Positions 15,501 to 27,733 of a stretch of DNA of 64,000 nucleotides are shown in pieces. A model generated the notes under the pieces. The model made no database searches. It saw nothing but the letters and a program-made list of their open reading frames with translations, and was not told where the DNA came from. Made by a program: the position numbers and the translations under genes. The DNA comes from Bugula neritina (Eukaryota; Animalia; Bryozoa). The number at the start of each line of letters is the position of its first letter. Within the stretch, counting starts at the first letter, position 1. The stretch covers positions 7,968,741 to 8,032,740 of the forward strand of contig OZ037768.1 in assembly GCA_964035545.1 (NCBI GenBank), in the 5' to 3' direction.

Positions 15501-18500
15501 CTCCATGCTGCATGCTTATGAATGCATGAAGACTAACATGAACAGTAAACAAAATTAATGTATATAACCATTGTGAAGTTAATGTTGGTAAGATTTCTGA
15601 ATCATCCCTGATGCTTTTTTTACAAACTATTTTTAACAGATTGTTAGCTTGCTAAATGGTTAATCTTTTTTTCAGTTGATATTACTAGCAAGGATTTCTA
15701 CATATACATGAAAACCATTCGTTTGGGAGCAGATATACCTAACCCAGTTCCGCCATACTTTTTTGGTCACATTACCAATATTGGTTTCCCAGACATAATT
15801 GAAGGATATCCAATTACTGGTATGTAGTGAAGTAAGATTTCTAAAAGTAACAATGCATTGTTTATCAAATAGAATAAAGCTGTGCGCAGTTTTATTTGTA
15901 ATTTATAGTTATATAATGAGCCTGTATGAAGCACATTTTATATTATATCATATTTAGTATAGCTCGCATATTATATTAAATATAGTTTTTTATACTGTTG
16001 CATACCCTACACTTTATAGTCTTATACTACATAGTGTAATTTCGAGTGTGTGTTTTAATATAGAGTATGATGTGCGTTATATAATGCTATAGTTCTAGGC
16101 TGTAGGGTGATATTCTAATAGTAATTATTTATTCACATTGACCATATAATCACTTAAATATAGATCCTAGAGAACTACCTATGGTGAGATATCCAATAAC
16201 ATTCCTGACAAGCAGAGCATTTATTCGTGTACCAAACCAAGTAGAAGAAATGGTATCCGACTTCAAGGTACATTTAATATTAAATAATAACATAATCTTT
16301 GTATTTGCCACATCATTCACCAATTGTATAATATGTTATAATAATTTTAAATCTCACTTCCGTAAAATGACTATGCATAAAGTTACAAGGTAGATTTATC
16401 ATACTGACAAATAATTTTATAAATCCACTTGCAAATTTTTACCAATTCTAGTTGCACTTTTTCATAAAAGTTATTTTAAATACTGTTACAGCGTTTACTG
16501 TGACAGCATTTACTGTTACATTTTTGTAGATTATAGTTTTAATTAAAACAGCTCAAAGAGATTCATTGTTTCTGTACCAACCTGGTCAAAATGGCCAGTA
16601 CCTGGCTGGTATGATCAAAGATGGTAACCTGCAGGTCAGGTTTAATTTTGGAGGCGGTGATAAGCTGATTGACACAAATGGTAAGGAGAATTGGCTAGTT
16701 TGAATTATGTGCATGTGAGCTGTATATATCAAAGAAAGCCATACTTTAATGTTTTCGAAACCTTTAAAATGTATAGCCATATTTACAAGTTTTGTAATGG
16801 CAATAGTTATAAAATCTACTAGACTAGACACACTAAAAAACATGTTATTTTATCTGTAATTACGCTTGTTTAATGCACACGTCAGAATGGTGCAGGTTTG
16901 TAAATACAGATGTTAATCTAGTTTTGTCTGAATATTGTATTTTAATGAAATAAAAGTTGCAAATTTAACTGTTCATTTTAGCGTTTGTTAGTGATCGCAA
17001 CTGGCATATATTGGAGATTTATCGAAAAGATCCTAAGAAGCTCTCAACTAAAGTGGACAGCTCCCCTGCAGTTGAAGCAGTGATAAGCACTGAATCAGTC
17101 TCATTCAATCATCTAGGACCCATGTTTATAGGAGGTAAATATTATAGTGAATTTTGCAGGACCTAAAATTGCTGTAATTTAAAAAGCAAACTTTAGCAGA
17201 ACGTAACAAATTTTGGCTTTTAAAAACTAACCCTACTCTTGGTTACAATCTGTTTTAAGTTTATGTTGCTCATATGTCTTTGTTGTCAAAATTCCGGTGT
17301 ATTATTTAGGAATTCCGAGAAATGTACTAGTGGTTCCTGGATTACGTCAATTCTATACACAAGAGATGCAAGGTTATAGAGGCTGTATGGCTTCTTTGGT
17401 TAAAAGCTCCACACTAATTGACATTGGCAATGAGGGTTTGCAGGACCCAGAGGTTAGAAATGCTAAGCTGATTATTCGAGGCTGTGAGAATCAACAGGTT
17501 TGTAGCCAGTGTTTTCATGGCTGCACTCGATCTCCATGGTTGACTTCCTGTGACAACACTATGATTCCATTCTATGGCCGATGTTGTGAAGACCCAGGCA
17601 TTGGTTTTCATTTCAATGTTAGTGAATCGGCTGGATATATTAAATATCGATACATACCCCCAGTCTCCTCAACATATGATCGTATATCATTTGGATTCAG
17701 AACTTGCTCGCCAAATGGTTTACTCGGTAAGATTTCTGGGGCAAACACTCAGGAACAGATAAAATTGTACTTAGAAAATGGTAATGTAGTAGCTAAATAC
17801 CAATTAGGTGGGCCTAATGTGGCAGCATTGACTACTGAAAAAACCTATATTGATAGCCAACTTTATATCTTACAATTTGAAAGAAATGGTCTGCTAGGTG
17901 AGTTAACCATTCGAAATAGTGACACTGGTGCAATACTAGAGGAGCTGGATACATTTTTGTCATCAACTGATGACAAGCTTGATGGTGCACAACTTCTTGA
18001 GATAGGCAGTGAAGAGGTTAATGGTGTGTATACAAATGTATACAATGGAGTGATTCACGGATTTCAACACACTAACCTCGCTATTTTTAATCTGGCTAAA
18101 GGATTAGCAGCGGGAACTAGCATCAAAGAACCAGGAACATCGCATATTCGAGGAGGCAACATGACCGCGTTGACTGGAATGGATCTTTGTCTGCCACCTC
18201 CACCAGATGCTATAGATGATTGTGGACCAGATAAACAAACATGCCAGAATTTTGGAGTGTGTGAAAATAATCGGTGCAATTGCACATTGACTGCATATAA
18301 AGGAAAATTCTGCACAGTTCAACCAACTGGCCATTATTATGGTTTCAATAACTTTGAGCCTGGTCTAGCTATTCATGAATATCCTGAAGCAGTCACAACT
18401 AATGAAGACTATTTTGCAGTCGGAATCATGACTTATGAACCAAATGGAACGATATTTAGAGTGGAAAGTTCAGATGGAACGCAATATTATCATTTGAGAC

Positions 18501-21500
18501 TTATAAATGGTCATGCTCAACTTGAGTATCGACTTCGGAACCGCCAGATGTTTATCACAGAGGATAGAATGACGCTTCACTCTGAGTTGAGCAAATATTA
18601 CGTTATTCGAATGAACCGAACTAGAGATAATGTTACATTTTATGTGCACAATTTACAAAGATATAAAGTTGATGACAATATTCGAGGAATACCATTTCGA
18701 AATCAAAAAGAGCTGACTTCCGGGGGCATTATGCAGCAGGGCCAAATCAAAAAAGACTGGAATGGTATTTTAGGAGGTCTTTACTACAATGGGAAATTCA
18801 TATACCTCATGTCATTTAGTGATACCACATACAGAAAGTTCGGTGATATTGAAATAGTGTATGATCCTTACCAGTTGAAATTTCCTACTGTTGTATGTCC
18901 AGTTTGTGTAAATGGAATAAGAACAAAAGACGGATTGTGCAACTGTGAGTATACTGGCTTTGCAGGAAAATGTTGTGATGAAAACCCACTGTTTGGATTT
19001 CAGTTTAAAAGATATGGCAGTGATGCAGTACTAGTCTACAGAAATGAGTCAATGGATGGAAGAGACATTGACGAGTTGTCTGTAAGTTTCAAAACTGCGA
19101 AAGGATGGGGAAATGCGGAAATATTGAGAGTTGAGTCATTAAATGGAGAACAGTATATTGTAGTTGAAATTGTAGACAACCTCCTTAAAGTTCGTCACAA
19201 CATCGGTGGGACTGAGAGTGAGGAAGTGTTTAGAACTGTAGATATAAGACAGCAGAGACATCACCATGTTAGAATCTATAGAAAGGGACAAACGGGGTAT
19301 ATTGAACTCAAAACAGGAGATACTCAACTAGAAGTCATTAAAAAAGAGAATGTATTGTTTGAAGATGCGGGTATTTTCAATGCCAAAGTGATATATGTAG
19401 GAGGACGCTTCATTAATGACACCTATGTTCATGCCGGCCATTATGGGATTATTTGGAATGTAAACTTCAATGGGTTTGATTTGGTAGAAGTTACCAGATT
19501 AAAAGGTGCAGATGCTGGTGTATATGTTGTTAATGAAGCCGGAAAAGATTTTGAAATTGTTCCTTCACCATGGCCTATACTGTGTGATAAAGAAGCTCAC
19601 TCTACTTGTATGCCTGAAGCTCCTGTGCCACCCGTGTTTGGAGGTGCAGGTGGTAGCTTTCCTGAAGCAAATGTTGTAGCTCCACCTAAGGGAGTTGTTT
19701 ACCCCCCAGTTACTGGCGGCCCGATCACCGTTCCAGTAATTGCTGCTATAATGGGTGGACTAATCTTTACCTCGGCAATAGTTTTTGCTGCGGCTGGAAT
19801 GAAGCCTGGGTTTTTAGCACTTTCTAAAGGCATGGTTGGTGGTGCTGGTGGCAAAGGAGCATATATGCCGGTAGCAGATAGCAAACTCGGCACCTTTCCT
19901 AATTCTCACAGTAATTACATGGGAACCATTGGAATGGAAGCAGATGGTACTGGTGGTGGTGGTGCTAGTCAGGCTGGCACCAGAAGTCTTTATGAGGAAT
20001 CTGTTAATCAGGAAACACGATTTGATGCAACTGACACAAGCCTTATGGGTGGTGCAGCTATGAATGGCGGCGGCGGCGTTGGTGGTGGTGGTTTCAACAC
20101 GTATAATAGCACCAACACATGGTATGCGCGCAATGAGACTATTGAGAATCAAGGTGGTTATGGAGGAAGTACCATGGGTGGCTATAGAAATGGTTATGCT
20201 GGCTCTGTTGCTGGAGGTAGTGTTGCAGGATCGGTGTATGGCTTCGGTACCGTTACAAACCCTGATCAAGCATTTATTACACTCTCTGAAGATATAGCTG
20301 TAGACAACGTGGTGCTAACTGCAGATGGTCGATATGTTGTTACTGGATCCAACCTTGGGCCACCTCAAGTTTGGAATACTAATGTAAGTTTCTGTGCTAT
20401 ACCTATTTTAATACTTTTGTATAAGCGTATGCATTTTTTCTTAATTTAAATGAAATATTAATTGAAATATTATTCTACAAAACCAGTGTATTTATATATA
20501 TGTGTTATCACAGTTAAATTTCATTGTAAGCTTACATGTAATATACCATATTTACCACATTTTACAGAATGGTGAGATGGTAACCACAATGAGGGGTGAC
20601 TTTATGGGATCAACAGGGCTTCACCTGGCAGCTAATGAGCAGTACCTGGTTGGTGAAACAATGGCTGAGCAGGCGTCAGTGGACATGAATGATATTCAAA
20701 CTGGCAACCATATTCCGATAAGACGAGTAGCTGTAAGACTTTTAATATGTACAAATGCTCTTTATTGTTAAACTTCTTTGAGTTAGTTTCAGACAATAGA
20801 GGCTTCGCTCATCTCTTTAAGTTATCGACAAAAGATTTTGGCCTTTTACATGCAGTGATCACTTTTCTCAAGATTTCTATCATTTAATTGGTGCACAAGT
20901 ACAGGTCTATATAAACCGTCTGCTTATACCTTAGATTGCTACTTTTGTTTTGAACAGGTTTGGGATTTCAATACTGGCAATCCACTGCCCATAGCTGTAG
21001 ACCAGCTTTGCACAGCAAGTTGCGTGTCTAAAGACGGGTTCAAAGTTGTTATGGCTATGACGGATAAATTTGGTGGTGGTACAACCGTGAAGGTGCTGGA
21101 CTTGCTTTCTAACAAAGTCCTCCATGAGATTACGTATCCCGAAACCATAGGTAAGGATTTTAACTGTTTGCCAATATTACTTAGTTAATTTGTTGTTGAA
21201 ATTTATAGTGTCTGATAATTAGAACTTTCTTATCTCATCACAATGCTCAGCAATATTTTGTATTCTTGTAGGTGTTGCCGATTCAGCTTCATGTGTCTTC
21301 ATTTCTCCGGATGACAGATTCGTCGCCGTTGGATTTACCAATTCTTTCGACAATAACGCAAACTTCATTGTCTTTGACTTGTTTAACAAGAGCGGGGTTG
21401 TTGATTCTCCAATCGTAGCCTTGAATGCTGATCCTCACTGCACAGTAATACTCAATCATGATGAAGCTTTAACTGGTACCAAGAATGGAGAACTTGTCAT

Positions 21501-23492
21501 TTGGAGCATGAAAACTGGCAAAGCACAGGTAGACTTTACTTTATTGATTACTAATTGATTATTTGCATAAGCTAGCTATTGCCTTTATATAAATGTGTTG
21601 ATTTCAATTTTGATGAAATTAGGAAAATGCTATTAAATTAGTAAAACCACAGTGAGAAAGTGCCATTGCCCAGCTTAATTATCAGCCGTCATGTTCTAAA
21701 AATTATGTGGAGTTTATGCTATAAAAATGACACAGGGTTGTAAACTTCGATTTTCAAAAATTTTGATGCTTTTTTGTTGCATTATTATAAAAAATATTTT
21801 GTTTGAAGAGATATTCTATAATTTTGTTATTTGAACACAAACATTTGCTTTGGCAGAGCAATTTTATAAGAGCTATGACTTCAGTTCTATATATTAGATT
21901 TTTAATGGTGCTTGCATGGCAATGTTTAAAGTTCACAATTCATATTTTCTTTTAACAAATATTTTATATATTTTTTTTACAAATTTGAGCTCTAACATAC
22001 ACATATACTTTACTTACAGAGACAACTTACTAGTGGAGATACTACAATGCTCTCGCAGAGAGGTATGCCTGCTGCACATGACATGGAGGTTAAAGAAGTG
22101 GCATTGAGTGATGACGGAAGATACCTGGCGTCTGCCTCCGCCGATAGAACCGTCAAGATATGGAACATGAGTTCGGAGAGTCTGATGCATACACTACATG
22201 GGCACAATGATGAGGTACATACACCTTCCTACAAGCTACCAATTTAATTGCTCAAAAACATGATTGAGGAGATCCTCAACTTGGCAAATTGTGCTTTATT
22301 GTTCAAAGTAACCAAAGTGAACGTAGGGCAAGCAATAGACATGAGCTCAACACAAAGTTAAGATGCAGCTAAAACAGTTATATTATTAAGTAGCAGAGTA
22401 TACTTGTGAAACTTGCATATGCCCAAGAATTATTCATACTATACCAGATGAATGGTTTTGCTTACCACTGTGTGATTTGAGCAAAGCATCTAAATGAGAC
22501 TAAGCATTATTCATGACACCATTATCTTCTTGACGCTAATTAAAACTCGTGTTTAGTGCTTAAAAAACTTCCACAAAACAATTATAAATAATTCTAATAC
22601 TTTTGATTAAAAATTTGATAAGCGCTCATAAATCTTTTGCCAAGAAGTGATTTCAATGCATTTGCTAGTTTAATTTTTATGTTTTGCACTATTTTTATGT
22701 TTGTATAGTATAATTTTCATGCTATAAAAAATATTTTTCACTGTGCTGATATATTCTATTTCTAGTTTATAGTTGTCTTCCCACATATAAAATTGCACAT
22801 TTAAACGTGATTTTGAGATTAACTGTTTTATTTACTACTTGTGTGTTGTGATATTAATGTTAATTTAAGATAGAAAAACATGCTGCTTTGTATAATTTTT
22901 GCATACAAGTTTAAAGCCTTGATCAATTCAATGAGGTGTTAACTAATTAATGTAAACTCTTATAACTCCGTTGTGAAAAATGTTAATTTTACAAACAATA
23001 ACCAAACATTCATTACTCTGTACTTATAAAAGTGCTCATAATGCATCTCAATATTTAATGTCTTTCTCTCAGGTTTGGACAGTTGACATAGCCTCTGATA
23101 ACACAATTGTTGTCTCTGGCTCACAGGATGGTACAATCAAACTCTGGAGGCTAAGGAACGGCAATCAGGTAAATAAAATCCTTTATGTTTGGTTCCGGAA
23201 CTTTTTTGTGTTTAGACTTGTTGGATTTTTAATGAAAAAGAAAGCTAAAGTTAATAAACGTTATGCTATTTGGTAATAGGTTTATTAAAATGGTTTGAAG
23301 TTAATGCATAACTGTTCTAAATGTTATTTGCTGTAGATCACTTCTTTCAATGCTACAATGGACATCTTCCATGCAAGATTCAGTAAAGACAAAAAGACGG
23401 TGGTAGCTTTGGGTGATAAATTTGGTGCCAGAAAACTAATAATGCTGCAGATAGTTTCTCAGAAGAAATGGAGAATGAAGAGCACGAGTTAG
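595..23492 (+). CDS. 5'-partial giant type-I membrane protein: ConA/LamG3-like repeats, neurexin-like LNS(LamG)/EGF array, TM helix, Gly-rich linker and cytoplasmic WD40 propeller
   Basis: 36 GT-AG exons joined in frame (sum 9219 nt, 3072 aa plus stop): 595-734,1145-1314,2014-2244,2787-3034,3309-3525,3785-3967,4164-4271,4378-4601,5614-5737,6236-6373,6734-6911,7541-7712,8018-8162,8334-8450,8926-9105,9318-9475,9761-9935,10873-11063,11254-11385,11812-12040,12154-12440,12740-12991,13256-13460,13871-14079,14260-14377,15676-15819,16164-16267,16530-16680,16982-17134,17310-20383,20568-20732,20958-21150,21272-21528,22020-22214,23073-23168,23337-23492. LamG motifs (IRFQATDEDGLLWY, IYIGGHP..SGFVGCV, YRGCM), EGF (CDSNPCKHGAPCYNRKNRFECDC), TM (VIAAIMGGLIFTSAIVFAAAGM), WD40 (LASASADRTVKIWN, VSGSQDGTIKLWR). 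The start codon lies upstream of the window. Confidence 0.88.
5455..5580. repeat. Intronic 21-bp minisatellite, about 6 copies (TGTCTAGACACCTGCTCATGC / ..ATAT)
   Basis: Tandem units read directly; the array ends about 30 nt upstream of the acceptor at 5613. Confidence 0.9.
15190..15291 (-). mobile_element. Degenerate tRNA-derived SINE (head region), intronic
   Basis: The reverse complement shows an A-box-like TGGTCTAGTAGTTAG and a B-box-like GGGTTTGAATCCC, followed by CATTGGTGATGGCAAGAGG, which resembles the copies at 24532 and 51188. Confidence 0.55.
19724..19801 (+). other. Predicted single transmembrane helix of the LamG-WD40 protein
   Basis: ITVPVIAAIMGGLIFTSAIVFAAAGM is uncharged and hydrophobic, follows a Pro-rich stalk (PEAPVPPV..PPKGVVYPPV) and is followed by Lys. 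Confidence 0.8.
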
Positions 23493-24531
23493 ACAGCTTA
23501 CGTCTGCTAAAATAGTGGTGAACTACTGTATACTATTGTATGTCCCACTCTTCTGTGGACATACTGCTGGCACACACCTGGCATATGCAGATACTAAGGT
23601 GCTAATAATTTTTGATTTCTGTTATACTCTATGGAAAATAAAGATCTGACATTATTGTTCCTTAAGTAGAAACTTTTACAGGTACTTATTGGTCTTGTAA
23701 GAGTCATTCCACGTGATATGGAATTAGACTTGTATACTGTCACCAAAACCTTAGATTAATTTTACTCAAAATCATTTCTAACTAAAATATCTGCATTGTG
23801 TGTAATCAATGAATTAATTTATGTACTTTTAAGCAGACTACTATGACAATGATCATGGTTCTATTTTGCATAGATAATTATTTTAATTTATTTAAAAACA
23901 AATAACCCTGTTTGGAGGAAGACTCTACAATAAGTCTTAAAATACTCAGCTTTCTAGATGTTATATTTTTATTGCTCCTATATTATTTTTATATTGGGTT
24001 GTAATTTAGTGTTAGTATCATATTATTATACTGTTCTACAATATTGCATTACCTAAATAACTTATTATACTGGATGCTTTATTATTATACATATATATGA
24101 TCTTTATTTAGAGCGAGCTGTGTTTGTACAAGTATACTGAGCACAGGGCAGTATGGCCTTGCAGCTTAGAGCTAAGAGCTTTCATGTATTCTATAGTAAT
24201 GGAAATTTATTTAGTGTGTATATTTAAAAATCTATAACATGTATGAAAACTTAGTGCAACAGCTGAAATTGTAGAGCCAATTGTTGAAGGCTGAAATTTC
24301 GAATAATTTACAAATATTTTTAGATTTTAGCTTACTGTTAACCATTAATTATTTAAAGCTGTTTTTAGCTGGAAGTAGAAATAAGGCTCTGTTTGAATTT
24401 CTTACCTTTTGTAAGTGTGCTTTTAGCTACAAATAAAATCTCTCACAAACAAAATTTATTGTTCATATAGCTTGCTATTAAAACAATAATTATATAGAGT
24501 GTTTTTAACAGTATCACATAAAAAGCAAAAC

Positions 24532-24760
24532 AGCCGTGGTTTAGTGGTTAGAGCCACTGGCTTAGTAAACACACGGTTAGTGGTTCAAAACCTAGTAAAA
24601 GCCATTCGTGATATTAGGAAAAGCATTCAGCTATAATTACTCCTTTGCCACAAAAGAAAGCAAGTCTATATAGCTTGAAAAATATATAAGTTGTAAATAT
24701 ATAACTTGAAAAACCCGTACTATTAGGGGTCCTCACAGGAATGGTGAATATACATCACAT
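24532..24760 (+). mobile_element. Degenerate tRNA-derived SINE
   Basis: A box TGGTTTAGTGGTTAG, B box GGTTCAAAACC, then GCCATTCGTGATATTAGGAAAAGCATTCAG, homologous to the 51188 copy (shared GCTTAGTAAACAC). The 3' end is uncertain. Confidence 0.6.
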
Positions 24761-26559
24761 ATATTGCTATTGCATATGTACATGAGTCAGTTTACTTCAT
24801 TTAGTACACACCAGCAACTTATCACCTAACACTAAAGTTTGCTCAAAATCAATTGAAATTCACTATCCATGGTTTTTTTATGTGCTGGTTTTAACTACGC
24901 ATAACAGCAAAGGCTGGGAGGGGATTCCCCAACATTGAAGCACAGGTCATTGTCATATGCACTTAATATTCTATATGTGCGACCGTTACGAAAAAACCGT
25001 AACGGTCCGTAACCAAAACTAGCTGAATAATTAGGGAAAAACATGGGAAATGAAGCAAAATTAAAAAGAACTTTGATTATTTAGGTGTATGTATTGGTGT
25101 TTTACTAGTTGTGGCCAAAAAACCATGTTCATTACCAGCTAAATTGTGAAAAATAGCCAAAAACTGAAGATATCCAGTGTGTACTAAATTAAGTAAAATG
25201 ACCCACATAGGTACTACAAAAAACCTCCTAGCTTTTAATGCTTGAAGCCATTTTTCTGTGTTATTAGACAAGGTCACTGCAGCTTGCCTTTTAGTCTCTT
25301 GACTTAATATAAACTCTGCTATTACTGGTGCATGCAACTTAATCATTTCGTCTTCCATAGCATATATGGTTTCTTTTGTTTGATTATCCCAATAGCTGCC
25401 TGAGGTTTCTGCAACTTTCACAAATTTGTCTCATAAATAACAACATTGACGTCTAACTTCACCTGTTTCACCTTACTTTCTGTGCCATTTGATAGAAGTC
25501 CCTGTCTATTAAAATGTTCAGGATGCATCGATGTGCAATAATTGCTATATTCCTCAACAACTTGTATATAAACGCTCATGCATTGGGGTTTACTATACTG
25601 GGATAACTAGGATCATTATATCTGCACTGCATGTTCATCCTGATGCATTTTATTATGACTTTCATAGCTGTGTCTGTAAGGTGGCAAAATATGATGATAT
25701 GTTGAAACACAATGCACATACCTCTAGTTTAGCTATCAAAATGCATTAACAAGCAAGATTATAAAGTTGTGTTCTTGTGAGAATTTCAGCCTGCTCCTAC
25801 ACCAAAATTTAAGAAGGTAATAAGAGAAGTTGAGGTATTGAACTCTCTTCTTTTCCACACCTAATTTGAGATTTGTTTCGTGTTTTTTTTAAACTTAGCC
25901 TCAGTTTCAACATGTAGGATTGAGTCTAGATGCCCTTCAGGCTTTATGTTCTTGACCCTAGGAGGAGTGAAACCTCTGATCAAGCTAAAAGAGCATTTGG
26001 CATGTATGTCATATGTGACAGAAATATATAGTTTTTATAAGAAATAGCTTATGGGGTTATCAAAACTAAAAACTGGGGGTATCAAAACTAAAAACTACCA
26101 ATGTTGGTCTTTTTATGGATGTGAAAATGACAGAACCAAATTAGATAGATCTCTCGCTTTATACCACATAGAAAGCTATTGAAATGATAACATGCATAAA
26201 AGAACCGTGTATGTAGAAGTGTGGGTAACAGCTTGAGCTTTATTACCGCTGCCATTGTCACAACAACAATGCTAAACCCGTGTCTGGGTCTCCAACTACA
26301 AACTCGAGAATCCTAAACGCGTGCACTTAGTCACCCCCAACTCGGCGCTGCTTTTAGAACAATTTGTCAGAACAATAAATAAGTCTGAGTTCTAAGCAAA
26401 GGAAGCAGCAAATGAAGTGATATGCTAGCTGGAAACATTATGCACTTCGAAGGAAAATTAAAAACTTAATTAAAGAGCTCACACTGTTAAATTTTCTTGG
26501 TTATTCTTTCTTACTTTCTTACCTTAGCGGACCTAAAGTAAATGGAATAAGATTGAATA

Positions 26560-27520
26560 ATCATAATGAAAACTGAAACTCAATAATGAATCTTATAGTT
26601 ATTAATTTGAATTTATGGTAATAACAGTGCAGATTTTCTAAAGGTTTTAACACAATGGTTGTACATTTATGATAGTAACAGTAACTGTAAGTGTAACACT
26701 AACACCAAGTCTAACTCAGTAAATGTAACACTAACTGTCTTACTCACTAACTTACTGTCTAAAACTAAAAGTAAAAGTAAAACTAGATGTTAAACTTTTT
26801 GTAATACTTATACTTATAATTATAGTTATACTAATAGTAATACTAATACTAATAGTAGTAATAATACTAATTGTAAACAGTAAAACAACGGAATAGTAAT
26901 ACTAAGTCTAATAGTAATACTAAGTCTAATCACTCTAATGCAGTTAAATGTTAATGTTATAATTAAAATTTAATGTAAATCACCTTAGTAAATGTAATCA
27001 GTAATGGTAATTCACTAATTGTAAAATTAATCATTAACTCAAAATAGAAACGTAATTGCTACCATAAACAATGGCAGTATGAGTATAAGTATCAGTATGA
27101 CTATCACTATGACTATGAGTATGACTATGAGAGTCGGAGTATCAGTATCAGAGTATGGCTGCCGCACTCACTTTCAGTTTCTCTCTGTCTATGATGTACT
27201 TCCAGCTTCTATTCAATGATGAGTTTTAAATTTAAAATTATCATGATTATTATTAATAGTTCATTATTATACTATCAATTCTAGTTTATAATGAATTTAA
27301 TTATAGTGTTTACAATATTTTAATTTATCAATACCATTATTATCATTATGAACATGTTCTTCATATTCATATTGATAATGATTGTTTTGATAACAATTAT
27401 AGTTTGTGATGAAGTTAATAATCGTGCTTAGGCTATAGTGTTATTGATTATCATTATCATTTTCATTATTAACTTTTAGTTGTATCATGAGGATAATTAT
27501 ATCAATCATTATTAATAACC
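26560..27520. repeat. Low-complexity region with cryptic 6-nt and 3-nt periodicity
   Basis: Runs such as TAACAGTAACTGTAAGTGTAACACTAACAC, AATACTAATAGTAGTAATAATACT and AGTATGACTATGAGTATGACTATG, followed by ATT/ATC-rich triplets. Confidence 0.6.
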
Positions 27521-27733
27521 TAAACTAGTTTGATTTTACATGTGCCTACCAATTAAAATTAGAAAAAGCATCAGAAAATTGTTATGGGGTTTGAGACTGT
27601 GAACCAATATAATATCTAATAAGAGTATAAGGGGAATGTTTTAAAAGATCGTTTGGCAAATATGATTACATATAAATTATATTTAAGCTATTGTTGAATT
27701 GATTTATTTTTATATGCAGAGTATTTGGTCAGA

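Noticed and set aside
17414-20297. Several 60-150 aa antisense or alternative-frame ORFs over the large exon
   Set aside because: These are shadows of the coding strand with no independent motifs.
20288-23492. WD40 exons as a separate NACHT-WD (NWD-like) gene
   Set aside because: There is no NACHT domain, promoter gap or stop; the first blade is in the same ORF as the TM and LamG domains.
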